DNA of 64,000 bases from Gemmatimonadales bacterium (lineage in GTDB: Bacteria > Gemmatimonadota > Gemmatimonadetes > Gemmatimonadales > GWC2-71-9), in the NCBI GenBank assembly GCA_035519195.1, contig DATIWU010000089.1:3649-67648 (forward strand), written 5' to 3'. Of the stretch, positions 38,158-47,102 are shown in pieces (the stretch's first letter is position 1; each line of letters begins with the position of its first letter). The translations under genes were made by a program, and so were the position numbers. The notes beneath the pieces are model-generated. The model was not told the origin of the DNA. It ran no database searches and was given only the letters and a program-made list of their open reading frames with translations.

Positions 38158-39795
38158 CTATGGAGTGCGTTGAAATTCGGAACCCGGAAGCCACTTCGGC
38201 AGGCTCGAGTCGCTCGCTAGTGCCCGGATCAGCTGCAGCACGACCCGCACCTCTTGAACCATCCCCTCGTACCTGAAATCGGAGCGGTACTCGTCAGTAG
38301 GCTCGTGATACCGCTGTTCATTGTACATGCGGCTCTGTTGCTCGCCCCAGCCCACGGGCCGTCCGACGAACTCGACACCCGATTCCACGGAAATCGCCGG
38401 CACGCCGGCGCGCGCGAACGGAAAATGGTCTGAACGGAAGAACGACCCGCGGGTTGGATCAGGATCGCCCGTGGCCGTGAGGGATTCCCGCGCCGCAGCG
38501 TCCTTGAAAAGCGTGCCGAGCGTAGAGCGGTCACCACCCAGCACGGCAATGTCCCGCGTCGCACCCCGCACGTTCGCAACGTCCACATTCACAACCGCCG
38601 CGGTGCCAGAGAGAGGCGCGAGCGGTTTCTCGACATAGGCCTGGCTGCCGAGTAGGCCCGACTCTTCCGCCGTCGTCGCAATGAACAGAACGCTCCGTTT
38701 TCGGGGGGCAGGATCATGCATCAGCGCCTGCGCCAACCCGAGCATCGCGGCAACCCCAGACGCGTTATCCTCGGCGCCATTGTAGATCGAATCGCCGTTC
38801 ACCGGCGGACCGATTCCCTTGTGATCGTAGTGTGCCGTCACGAGAACGACCTGTGATCGCAGGACGGGATTCTCTCCGGATACGCGCGCCACCACGTTGG
38901 AAGAGGGCACCCGCCGCAGCTTGCTCGCGATCGAAATCTCAGCCTGGATGCCGGTGCGGACGGGACGGAAGCTCCGTCGTGCCGCGCTGCGGACCAGGGA
39001 ATCGAAGTCGAGCCTGGCGTCCCGCAGCACGGCACGTGCCGCCTGCTCCGTAACCCAGCCGGCACATTCGAGTCCGGTGCCGCGTGCGCCATCGAGCATG
39101 AATTGCTCAACCGACCAGGACCCGCGCACGACATCCCACGGATAGGTGGCGCTCTCGGTAGTGTGGATGAGAATGGCCCCCATTGCGCCGCGGCGGCCGG
39201 CCTCCTCGAGCTCGTAAGTCCACCGGCCGTAATACGTGAGCGTGCGACCTTGAAAGATCGTCGAATCCTGCATGCCTGGGTCGTTGACCAGCATGAGCAA
39301 CAGCTTGCCGCGGAGATCTACGTCCTTGTAATCGTCCCACTTCCACTCGGGAGCCCGAATGCCATACCCGACGAACACGACCTCGCCCTTGGCGGACACG
39401 GCTGCGCTGGGCCGCTCGGACCATGCGACAAAATCGTCGAGATAGCGCAGGGACCCTGGTGTGCCGGCACCTCCCCACCGCATCGCGGGGCGGGGCATCA
39501 ATCCAACGAGCGTTACCGGTTGGTAGTAGGAGCCGTCCGCCGCACCGGGCGCGAGGCCGAGCGCCTCGAATTGGGCGGCGATATAGCGGGCGGCGAGCTC
39601 CCCTCCGCGGGTGGCGGGAGCGCGCCCCTCCAGGAGATCGTCGGCGAGATATTTCAAATGCGCATCCATTGCGGCGCCGCTCACGGCCGGGAGGGGCGGG
39701 GAGGGGCTCTGCGCCCCCACGTTGGCCCGCGGCGTGCAGGAAAGTGCTCCCGCGATTCCGAGCCCGATTACGGCGCTTCGCACCAGTCGCGGCAT
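38158..39795 (-). CDS. M28 family aminopeptidase with PA domain (secreted)
   Basis: VTAHYDHKG, GAEDNASGVAAMLGLA and TTAEESGLLGS metal-ligand blocks are present. ATG 39795 gives the signal peptide MPRLVRSAVIGLGIAGALSC. Confidence 0.85.
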   Translation of the reverse strand: MPRLVRSAVIGLGIAGALSCTPRANVGAQSPSPPLPAVSGAAMDAHLKYLADDLLEGRAPATRGGELAARYIAAQFEALGLAPGAADGSYYQPVTLVGLMPRPAMRWGGAGTPGSLRYLDDFVAWSERPSAAVSAKGEVVFVGYGIRAPEWKWDDYKDVDLRGKLLLMLVNDPGMQDSTIFQGRTLTYYGRWTYELEEAGRRGAMGAILIHTTESATYPWDVVRGSWSVEQFMLDGARGTGLECAGWVTEQAARAVLRDARLDFDSLVRSAARRSFRPVRTGIQAEISIASKLRRVPSSNVVARVSGENPVLRSQVVLVTAHYDHKGIGPPVNGDSIYNGAEDNASGVAAMLGLAQALMHDPAPRKRSVLFIATTAEESGLLGSQAYVEKPLAPLSGTAAVVNVDVANVRGATRDIAVLGGDRSTLGTLFKDAAARESLTATGDPDPTRGSFFRSDHFPFARAGVPAISVESGVEFVGRPVGWGEQQSRMYNEQRYHEPTDEYRSDFRYEGMVQEVRVVLQLIRALASDSSLPKWLPGSEFQRTP

Positions 39796-39846
39796 GCCGT
39801 AACGAATCCGCTTGATCGACTCACAGCAAGGGGTGATCTTCACGCC

Positions 39847-41868
39847 ATGCGCGACGCATTACTCTCGCGGGTGGTCCACCGGTTGCCCGACCGCGTGCGC
39901 TTCGATGGGCGGATTCTTTTCCTCACGGCAGATCCGGTCCTCGTCCGGAATCAATTGGATGGCAAGGACCTGCGCTGGGAGCCCGCGGTCGCGTTGCGGG
40001 ACGACATCTCCACCGACGAGATCACACCCGCGTACATCTGCTACTACTACGACGAAACACTGGGGGAATTCCCCTACCTGGGTCTCAAGTGCGGCTCCGA
40101 GTTTCCGATCGGGCGCGGGGCGGTGAAACGGGGCGGATTCGCGGTCTCCGTCAGCGGGAAAAGACGAGGGAAGGGATCGTCTCGGGAACAGTCGCCCTAT
40201 GCCGAGCTGTGCGCCGGGATCAAGCTCGTCGTGGCGCAGAGCATCGAACGCATCTACCGCGAGAACTGTCAAAACCTCGGGGTCCTGACGACCACCGATT
40301 TCTCGATCCTCGAGCGCGTCAGGCGGGGCGAGGAGGTTCCGCTCGCAATCTTCGCCGCCGGCGAAGGGGAGATCACCCGCGGCATCATCGAGTACGGTGG
40401 GTTGTTCAACTACAACGTGGCGCGCCTCCAGGGACGGGTTGCCGTCGCGCCGCCCGACACCGCCACACGGCCGATGACGCTCGGCGAGAAAATCATCGCG
40501 CGTCACTGGGTGGTTGACGCCGCAGCGGGAAAGATCGGCGTCCCCGCCGTGAAACCGGGTGACGAAGGCTTCGTCGTTACCGATACGCGCTTCAGTCATG
40601 AATACGTGACGCCGATGGCGGCCATTTTCTTCGAGCGTCTGGTTGGATCCGATGCGAAGGTGAACGATCCCGACTCGGTGCTGCTCTTCCGCGATCATCT
40701 CACGTTCCTCGCCGAGGCCATGACGCCCGAGCGGATCAAGGAAGGGCTGCTCGATGTGGCGCAGGATCTGGAACGCAAGCAACGTGCTTTCGCCGAACGC
40801 CAGGGCATCAGGCTGTACGGCGAGCTGCGGCTCGGGAAGCACGGCTCGGAGGCGATCTGCCACTCCAAGATTCTCGAGTCACATGCCGAGCCGGGGCAAA
40901 TCATCATCGGCAGCGACTCGCACACGCCACACGCGGGCGCGGTCGGATGCATCGCGTTCGGTGTCGGCACGACGGCGATTTTCAACTCCTGGATCACGAA
41001 GGACGTACGCATCACCGTTCCCGAAACGGTCAAGATCGTGCTGCGGGGAACGAAACCGGAGAACGTCACGGCGAAGGACTACATGCTCGAAATCCTGCGC
41101 CATCCCTACGTCCGAAGCGGCCGGGCCATCGGAAAGTTGGTCGAGTACTGCGGGAACGCGGTCAGCGAGCTATCGGTCGACGAGCGCGCCACGATGACCA
41201 ACATGACGGCGGAGGTCGGGGGATTCACGGGGTACGTCACACCCGACGATCGCACGGCCGAGTATTTGGTTCAACAACGAGGAATGAGCGAGGAGAAGGC
41301 GCGGCGGCTCTGCGCCGATCTGGCGAGCGATCCCGAGGCCCGGTACTGCGAGATCATCGAAATCGACGTAGGCGCCGTGCACCCGATGCTTGCCCTACCA
41401 GGCGATCCGGGAAACGGCGTGGCGATTGCGGACTTGCCCGCTCGCGTCCGCGTCGACATCGCCTACGCGGGCTCCTGCACCGCGGGGAAGAAGGCCGACA
41501 TGGACATGTACGCCCGCGTGCTGCGCGATGCGCGCGACCAGGGCGCCCGCGTCGCTCCCTGGGTCCGCTTCTTTATCCAGTCGGGCTCCCAGGACGTGAA
41601 AGACTACTGCGCCGCGAAGGGGTACCTGGACCTGTTTCGGGACGTCGGCGCGACATTTCTCGAGCCGTCGTGCGGCGCCTGTATCAACGCCGGTCCGGGT
41701 GTATCGCGCACGCGTGACGAGGTGACGATCAGCGCGATTAACCGCAACTTCCCCGGGCGTTCCGGTCCGGGACAGCTGTATCTCGCCAATCCCTATTCGG
41801 TCGCGGCTTCGGCAATTGCCGGCTACGTCACGGCGTGGGAGCCCGGCCTCGTCTTCGCCGGGGTGTGA
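39847..41868 (+). CDS. Aconitase-family hydro-lyase with permuted domain order (LeuD-like swivel domain N-terminal, LeuC-like catalytic domains C-terminal)
   Basis: The N-terminus carries DDISTDEITPA and GKGSSREQSP..AQSIERIYRENCQNLG (LeuD-like). Then follow RPMTLGEKIIARHW, GSDSHTPHAG, AGSCTAG and EPSCGACIN (LeuC-like Fe-S ligands). ATG 39847; the track ORF from 39103 is antisense read-through over the M28 gene. Confidence 0.8.
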   Translation: MRDALLSRVVHRLPDRVRFDGRILFLTADPVLVRNQLDGKDLRWEPAVALRDDISTDEITPAYICYYYDETLGEFPYLGLKCGSEFPIGRGAVKRGGFAVSVSGKRRGKGSSREQSPYAELCAGIKLVVAQSIERIYRENCQNLGVLTTTDFSILERVRRGEEVPLAIFAAGEGEITRGIIEYGGLFNYNVARLQGRVAVAPPDTATRPMTLGEKIIARHWVVDAAAGKIGVPAVKPGDEGFVVTDTRFSHEYVTPMAAIFFERLVGSDAKVNDPDSVLLFRDHLTFLAEAMTPERIKEGLLDVAQDLERKQRAFAERQGIRLYGELRLGKHGSEAICHSKILESHAEPGQIIIGSDSHTPHAGAVGCIAFGVGTTAIFNSWITKDVRITVPETVKIVLRGTKPENVTAKDYMLEILRHPYVRSGRAIGKLVEYCGNAVSELSVDERATMTNMTAEVGGFTGYVTPDDRTAEYLVQQRGMSEEKARRLCADLASDPEARYCEIIEIDVGAVHPMLALPGDPGNGVAIADLPARVRVDIAYAGSCTAGKKADMDMYARVLRDARDQGARVAPWVRFFIQSGSQDVKDYCAAKGYLDLFRDVGATFLEPSCGACINAGPGVSRTRDEVTISAINRNFPGRSGPGQLYLANPYSVAASAIAGYVTAWEPGLVFAGV

Positions 41869-41871
41869 GTG

Positions 41872-43056
41872 CTATTGGCCGCCTGGCAGCGGCCGCAACG
41901 CCTCGCGCTGGTATACACTCCGCGGATTCCACAACACCCATGAGTTGATCCCCAGGTCCTCCGCCGCGCGGATCTGCTCACGGATTTCCAGAGGCGTGTA
42001 ACGCGGCAGCCGGCGCCCGAGCGTGAACGCCTGGAGGTAGGGGCGAATCTCGGCGGCGTCGGCGGATTGTGAGCGGCCCAGCGCTTCCACCAGCGCCCGA
42101 TGGACGACGTTGTAGGGCTGCCCATTGGGCCACGCAAATCCGTACGCGCCGGCCCGATAATGACTGGGGTAGACCATCGGAAGGACAACGTCCGCGACCG
42201 AGCTGAAGTCCTCCCAGACTTGTCCGATTCCCATGTCGTCGGTCGCTGACGCGGTGAGGCCGAAGATATCGAAGGTCACCGGCACTCCGAGTGGGGCGAG
42301 CCGAGACTTGAGCAGCTGGATGTTGCGTCGCACGCCGAGCCGCTCGTTGTCTCCCGGCCGGCGCGCGGAGAATACGGCGGTTGCCAGCCGCTCACGGGGC
42401 TCGTCCGGGAACCGCACATAATCGAACTGCACCTCCGCGAATCCCATCTTTCGCACCGCCTCTGCCGCAAGCTGGGACGCATAGATCCACACCGAATCGT
42501 TGTAGGCGTCGACCCAAGCCATCCCGATCCGGTCACGCCACAACTCACCGTCGGCGAGATGCACTGACCACTCACGCTTGTGCTCCGCCAGGCGAGGATC
42601 TTTCGCCACTACGATCCGCGCGATCGGGTAAATCCCGTGCACGAGGAGCGAGTCGACCCGGGCTTTGGCGTCTCGGGCGCGCGTGCACTGATTGGCTCCG
42701 ATCAGCTGCGCGGTCGGCACGTCGGACTGGTACAGAAGACAACCCGTGTCGTCCTTCACGTCGACAACGAACGAGTTGATCTCGGTCTCCTGGGCCAGAC
42801 GGATCAATTCCCAGAGACGACCCGAGCCGAATGCCCACGCATTGACGTAGAGCGCCTTGACCGCATGGCGGGATGGTAAGAGCTGGGGGAGGGCGGGCTG
42901 CGCGTAGCGAATGTCCACGGGGCGCAGTGCCACCCGGGCCTGATCAGCCAATACGACGTACGGCGCGCTATCCGAAACGGATTGCGCAAAAAGGCCGCGA
43001 CTCGTGAGGAGTGCGGCCCAGAGCAAGAGGACGCTTGCCTGCCGGGACAACCGCAT
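41872..43056 (-). CDS. Putative glycoside hydrolase-like protein (DUF4015/GHL family), secreted
   Basis: Signal peptide plus VKALYVNAW...INSFVVDVKDD...VQFDYVRFPDEP blocks that I associate with the DUF4015 TIM-barrel family. Confidence 0.6.
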   Translation of the reverse strand: MRLSRQASVLLLWAALLTSRGLFAQSVSDSAPYVVLADQARVALRPVDIRYAQPALPQLLPSRHAVKALYVNAWAFGSGRLWELIRLAQETEINSFVVDVKDDTGCLLYQSDVPTAQLIGANQCTRARDAKARVDSLLVHGIYPIARIVVAKDPRLAEHKREWSVHLADGELWRDRIGMAWVDAYNDSVWIYASQLAAEAVRKMGFAEVQFDYVRFPDEPRERLATAVFSARRPGDNERLGVRRNIQLLKSRLAPLGVPVTFDIFGLTASATDDMGIGQVWEDFSSVADVVLPMVYPSHYRAGAYGFAWPNGQPYNVVHRALVEALGRSQSADAAEIRPYLQAFTLGRRLPRYTPLEIREQIRAAEDLGINSWVLWNPRSVYQREALRPLPGGQ

Positions 43057-43114
43057 AAGGGGACCTACGATACCACAATTGTGAAGCCAGACAAGAGACG
43101 CCCGTCACAGGCGC

Positions 43115-45496
43115 TCAGTGCGGCCGCAAGCTATTGAAAAGCAGGGGATAGGTGGCGAGGCTCTGGCCGCGGTATTGCGGGCGAAAGGCAAACAGCACGA
43201 CGCGTCCTTTACCGAGCCGCGCCTCGACCAGGGCCCCGCGACCGGCGATCCGGTCCGGATGCAGGACCCATCCTGAGCGGAGCACCTTGTCCGCCTCCGT
43301 AGGGAAGCGCCCGATGATCGTAGTTGCACTGGAATCGAGCACGTCGAACGCCGGGCCGTTCTCGAACCAGGCGATGCTTTGTTCCGGCATCCCGCGCGCG
43401 ATCGCCTGGGTCGTATCCAGGACCAGCCGGAAGATCGAGCCCGGAGCATAAAATTCGTCGTCGGCCACGCCTTCCAGAACGTTCCGCACCGGCAGCAGGA
43501 GCTGGGAGACCAGAAACCGGCTGGCATCGTTCAGGCCAACCAGTGTCCCGCCATCCTCCACAAACTTTCGCAGCTCTTTCACGCCTTCCTGGCCGATCCC
43601 GCCGCCGAACGGCGGCGGATACACCCGCGCCGGCAACCCGTCCATGAGCTCGACGGGCGACTCGTCCGGAATGACGATCACGTCGAAGTTGTCGCGCAGG
43701 TTTCCCGCGCGGATCGTCGAATCGATGAGCGAGGCGTATGGAATCTTCCACTGATCGAAAACCCAGCGGGTCCATCCTTCGTCCATCGACACGGCGTAGG
43801 AGCGGTACACGGCGATTCGAGGGACCGGAGCGTCCGACCCAAACACTGGCGGGGGAGCGCGCGGGCGTTCCGGTGCGACTGGGGGAGAGAGCGGCACGCG
43901 CAACGACTCGGCCACGGAGATCGCGCTAATCCCGAACAACAAGGGCAGGGTGTGCGCCGTTACGTCGTAAGGCGGTTCCGGCGGGCCGCCGGGATAGAGG
44001 CGCAGGTCGGGATAGTGCTGCGTTTCGAGCAGCGTCTTGGCGAACGCGGCATAGGGTTGTCGCAATACGACGACATACGCGCCGGCGGCGATGTGCTGGC
44101 TTCCCAGAGTGAACGGCTCTTGCGCCGTTCGCACTTCGACCTGCCCGCGTTGCAGGATCGCGAGCAGGGTGGCGACCCCAAGGCTCTCCTGGCGCTGCCG
44201 CGGGATGACGTAGGCATACGGCCATCCCTTCCATCCATGGGCGGCCCGTGTCCCGATAACGAGGAAATTCGCGAGCCACTGGTCGCGGAATCGAGCCGCG
44301 TTGTCAAGCAGCGCGTATGCCGCAGAGGTCTGATAGCCGACGATGTCGCGAATTGTCCAACGGCCGCCCGGCCAGGGGGCCGTGAAATTCCACGACCGCG
44401 TACGGGCGTCGTACCCCCGTGCCCGGGCCTCGAGCTCCGCAAACGGAATGTCGACCGGCGTCGCGAGATTCGCGTTCGCCGCCTCGGCGAGAATCCGCAC
44501 CGCACCGTGGTAGTGCTCGTACGCCCGTGCGGGCGTCCAGGCGTCGTAGCTCGAGTTGATGGAGATGCCGGTCTTCCCCTGGCCCGCGAGCTCCCATGCC
44601 ATCGCGGTGCCGAGCGCATTAGCGCCGTCCACGAGCAGCGGGTCGACATTCGGATCGATGGGATCGAGGTACGGCGGCAGGAACAGCCGCGAGCCGTCCG
44701 CCGCCTGCTGATGCAGGTCCAGGACGATCTGCGGGTGCCAAACGTCGTATAGCGAGTCGACCGTGAGCTGAGTTTCGACCTGCGTGAATGCGTACCAGTC
44801 CCGATTGTTGTCGTGCCCTGCGTAGCGGTGATACAACTCGGGGGGATTCGTACCCTCGGCCACAGTACCCAACGTGCGATTGTACCAGCGGGATACGATC
44901 GTCACGCCATCAGGATTGAGCGACGGGACGAGCAGCAGTACGACGTTGTCCAGCATCGATCGAATCGCCACGCTCGTATCCGTCGCCAGTCGATAGGCAA
45001 TGGACACGGGCGTCAGGTGCCCACCGACTTCGGTGGAGTGCACTCCCGACGTCAGGAGCACGATCGTTCGGCCGTCTCGCAGCGCATTGCGCGACTCCGC
45101 CGGTGATCGGAATGTGCGCGGATCCGCCAGTCTCGCATTGAGCCGCCTCAACGAGTCGAGGCGTTTGAGATTCTGCGAACTGGAGATGACGAGCGCGATG
45201 AACGGCGCGCCTAACGTCGTGCGCCCCAGCTCGTGGTATTGGATCCGATCCGAGCCCTTGGCGAGCCCCTGGTAGAAACGGACGAGCGTAGGCCAGTCAG
45301 CGAGCTTGCGATCGTCACCCGGCTCAAAGCCGAGGATCGACCGAGGCGTGGGGATCGGCGGCCGCGCCGCGGGGACGCTATGGGCGGGCGCCGGTTTTCG
45401 TTTTGGTGGGGGCGGGCGATGCTGCGCCAGCGCCGGACTGGCGCAGGCACATGCGGCCGCAAGGAGCAGCCAAAATCGCTCGATCACGTTGACCAA
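43115..45496 (-). CDS. M14 family zinc carboxypeptidase (large, secreted)
   Basis: HxxE zinc motif SGVHSTEVGG, followed by NPDG and HDNNRDW. N-terminal signal peptide. TTG start 45496 (start uncertain). Confidence 0.75.
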   Translation of the reverse strand: MVNVIERFWLLLAAACACASPALAQHRPPPPKRKPAPAHSVPAARPPIPTPRSILGFEPGDDRKLADWPTLVRFYQGLAKGSDRIQYHELGRTTLGAPFIALVISSSQNLKRLDSLRRLNARLADPRTFRSPAESRNALRDGRTIVLLTSGVHSTEVGGHLTPVSIAYRLATDTSVAIRSMLDNVVLLLVPSLNPDGVTIVSRWYNRTLGTVAEGTNPPELYHRYAGHDNNRDWYAFTQVETQLTVDSLYDVWHPQIVLDLHQQAADGSRLFLPPYLDPIDPNVDPLLVDGANALGTAMAWELAGQGKTGISINSSYDAWTPARAYEHYHGAVRILAEAANANLATPVDIPFAELEARARGYDARTRSWNFTAPWPGGRWTIRDIVGYQTSAAYALLDNAARFRDQWLANFLVIGTRAAHGWKGWPYAYVIPRQRQESLGVATLLAILQRGQVEVRTAQEPFTLGSQHIAAGAYVVVLRQPYAAFAKTLLETQHYPDLRLYPGGPPEPPYDVTAHTLPLLFGISAISVAESLRVPLSPPVAPERPRAPPPVFGSDAPVPRIAVYRSYAVSMDEGWTRWVFDQWKIPYASLIDSTIRAGNLRDNFDVIVIPDESPVELMDGLPARVYPPPFGGGIGQEGVKELRKFVEDGGTLVGLNDASRFLVSQLLLPVRNVLEGVADDEFYAPGSIFRLVLDTTQAIARGMPEQSIAWFENGPAFDVLDSSATTIIGRFPTEADKVLRSGWVLHPDRIAGRGALVEARLGKGRVVLFAFRPQYRGQSLATYPLLFNSLRPH

Positions 45497-45501
45497 GATA
45501 A

Positions 45502-45530
45502 GGGGTCCGGTACCCGGGGGTCCGGACCCC
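45502..45530 (-). terminator. GC-rich hairpin GGGGTCCGG-N11-CCGGACCCC after the ompA-like gene (intrinsic terminator candidate)
   Basis: A perfect 9-bp stem that also contains the 14-bp palindrome GGGGTCCGGACCCC. On the minus strand it is followed by TTATCTT. Confidence 0.5.
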
Positions 45531-45551
45531 TGCGGGGCTCAAACGTCCCGT

Positions 45552-47078
45552 TCAGGAAAGCTTGTGCAGCTCGACTCGTCTATTCTGCGCCCGCCCCGCG
45601 GCGCTCACATTCCCGGCGATCGGATGAGCGGAGCCGTATCCGCGCGCCGTCATTCGAACGGGCACCACGCCTTTGCGCGCCAGATAGGCTCGCACCGCCG
45701 CGGCTCGCGCTTCCGAAAGCCTCAGGTTGGCGCCCATGGGGCCGGTGTTGTCGGTATACCCGGCGATTTCGATCCGGATTTCGGGATTCGCGACCAGTGA
45801 GCCGGCAACGAGGTCAAGCACGGCGTAGGAATCCCGGGTGAGCACAGATCTACCGGATTCGAAATTCACCCCGTGCAGGATGAGTGTCGGGCGCGCGGGA
45901 GCCATGGCGTGCCCAGGCTCCGCCGGCGCGGGCGGCTCCGGGTGGAACAACAACAAGCAACCGTTTGCGTCCACCGGTAACCCATGCGGCGTATTCGGAC
46001 ACTTGTCGACCGAATCAGGAACGCCGTCGCCGTCCGCATCCTCGTCCACCGGACAACCGCTCGCATCCACATGGACGCCCGCAGGAGTGGTCGGGCACTT
46101 GTCGATTCCGTCCGGAACGCCGTCGTGGTCGTGATCGATCGGACAGCCCATGGCATCCACGACCGCTCCACCCGGAGTGTCAGGGCACTTGTCCAGCCCA
46201 TCGGGAATGCCGTCGTGATCCAGGTCCGACGGGCATCCGTACGTATCGACCATCGCACCGGCTGGCGTATCGGGACAGTGATCGAGTCCATCCGGGACGC
46301 CATCGTGATCCGAATCGATCGCGCAACCGTGATCGTCGACGACCGCTCCGTGCGGAGTATTCGGACACGCATCCGGACCATCGGGGATTCCGTCTCCGTC
46401 CGCGTCGCTCACGACCGGCGTGGGTGGTGGCAACGGCGGCGGTCCCTGATGTGGCTGGGGATCGACAAGGAGCGGCGCCGCGGCTGCCACGGCAACGGGT
46501 GCGGGAGTCTGGGGTGCTGGCGACGGGGCGCGTTTGCCGTTGGGGGCGAAAATGGCGAGCCCCGCTGTGGCCACGACGTGCGTTACGGCCTTGGTGCTGA
46601 AGGACGACTTCGTCTCCGGCGTATAGATGGCTCGCCCCTCGAGCCGCAGCGCGACGCGATTCGTGAGGAAGAGCTTGTCGCCCACTCCTCCGTGGAATCC
46701 ACCGTCAGTAAACTGGTAGGGCGCCGTCTCGCCGAAATCGAGCCGGGAGTATCCGCCCACCACATAGAAAATGTTGCGTTGTGCGTTCAGGAGATTGAGG
46801 ACGAGGCTGCCGCCGCCGATCAGCGGCTCCATGGTGCCCGTCCCGGACCCGAGCGGGTAGTCGGGCTGAAGCAGGATGTCCAATTCCGCCCCGACGCGGG
46901 ACCCAAACAGGTACCCGAACCGGATGCCGCCTCCCCACTTGTTCACGAGATTGAACGACGCGTCGTACTTCGTGTACGCGCCGAACATATCGAACTCGTA
47001 TTCGCGGGTGTGCTGCGCCTTGAGCTGCGTAACCGTGCACAGCACGGCCAGCGCGAGCACTCTAAGTGCACGCATCAT
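45552..47078 (-). CDS. OmpA-family outer-membrane protein with five thrombospondin type-3 (Ca-binding) repeats
   Basis: Signal peptide and an N-terminal beta-barrel-like region, then 5x D.D.DG.PD..D.CP.TP repeats. The C-terminal OmpA/MotB peptidoglycan-binding domain carries NLRLSEARAAAV. Confidence 0.88.
   Translation of the reverse strand: MMRALRVLALAVLCTVTQLKAQHTREYEFDMFGAYTKYDASFNLVNKWGGGIRFGYLFGSRVGAELDILLQPDYPLGSGTGTMEPLIGGGSLVLNLLNAQRNIFYVVGGYSRLDFGETAPYQFTDGGFHGGVGDKLFLTNRVALRLEGRAIYTPETKSSFSTKAVTHVVATAGLAIFAPNGKRAPSPAPQTPAPVAVAAAAPLLVDPQPHQGPPPLPPPTPVVSDADGDGIPDGPDACPNTPHGAVVDDHGCAIDSDHDGVPDGLDHCPDTPAGAMVDTYGCPSDLDHDGIPDGLDKCPDTPGGAVVDAMGCPIDHDHDGVPDGIDKCPTTPAGVHVDASGCPVDEDADGDGVPDSVDKCPNTPHGLPVDANGCLLLFHPEPPAPAEPGHAMAPARPTLILHGVNFESGRSVLTRDSYAVLDLVAGSLVANPEIRIEIAGYTDNTGPMGANLRLSEARAAAVRAYLARKGVVPVRMTARGYGSAHPIAGNVSAAGRAQNRRVELHKLS
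45957..46406 (-). repeat. Five tandem ~90-bp coding repeats (TSP3-like) inside the ompA-like gene
   Basis: The protein repeats DSDHDGVPDGLDHCPDTPAGAMVDTYGCP, DLDHDGIPDGLDKCPDTPGGAVVDAMGCP and so on, and the DNA is visibly repetitive. Confidence 0.85.
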
Positions 47079-47102
47079 TTCTCCTCAGGGCGCAATCGGT
47101 TT

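Noticed and set aside
39103-39846. An N-terminal 248-codon extension of the aconitase-family ORF in the track. Analogous upstream extensions occur at 16652-16954, 17878-18213, 1961-2197, 22607-22879, 35249-35608(-) and 22863-23156(-).
   Set aside because: The extensions run through the coding regions of neighbouring genes or their antisense and have non-protein-like composition. Internal starts with SD motifs or NTGA junctions give family-typical N-termini.
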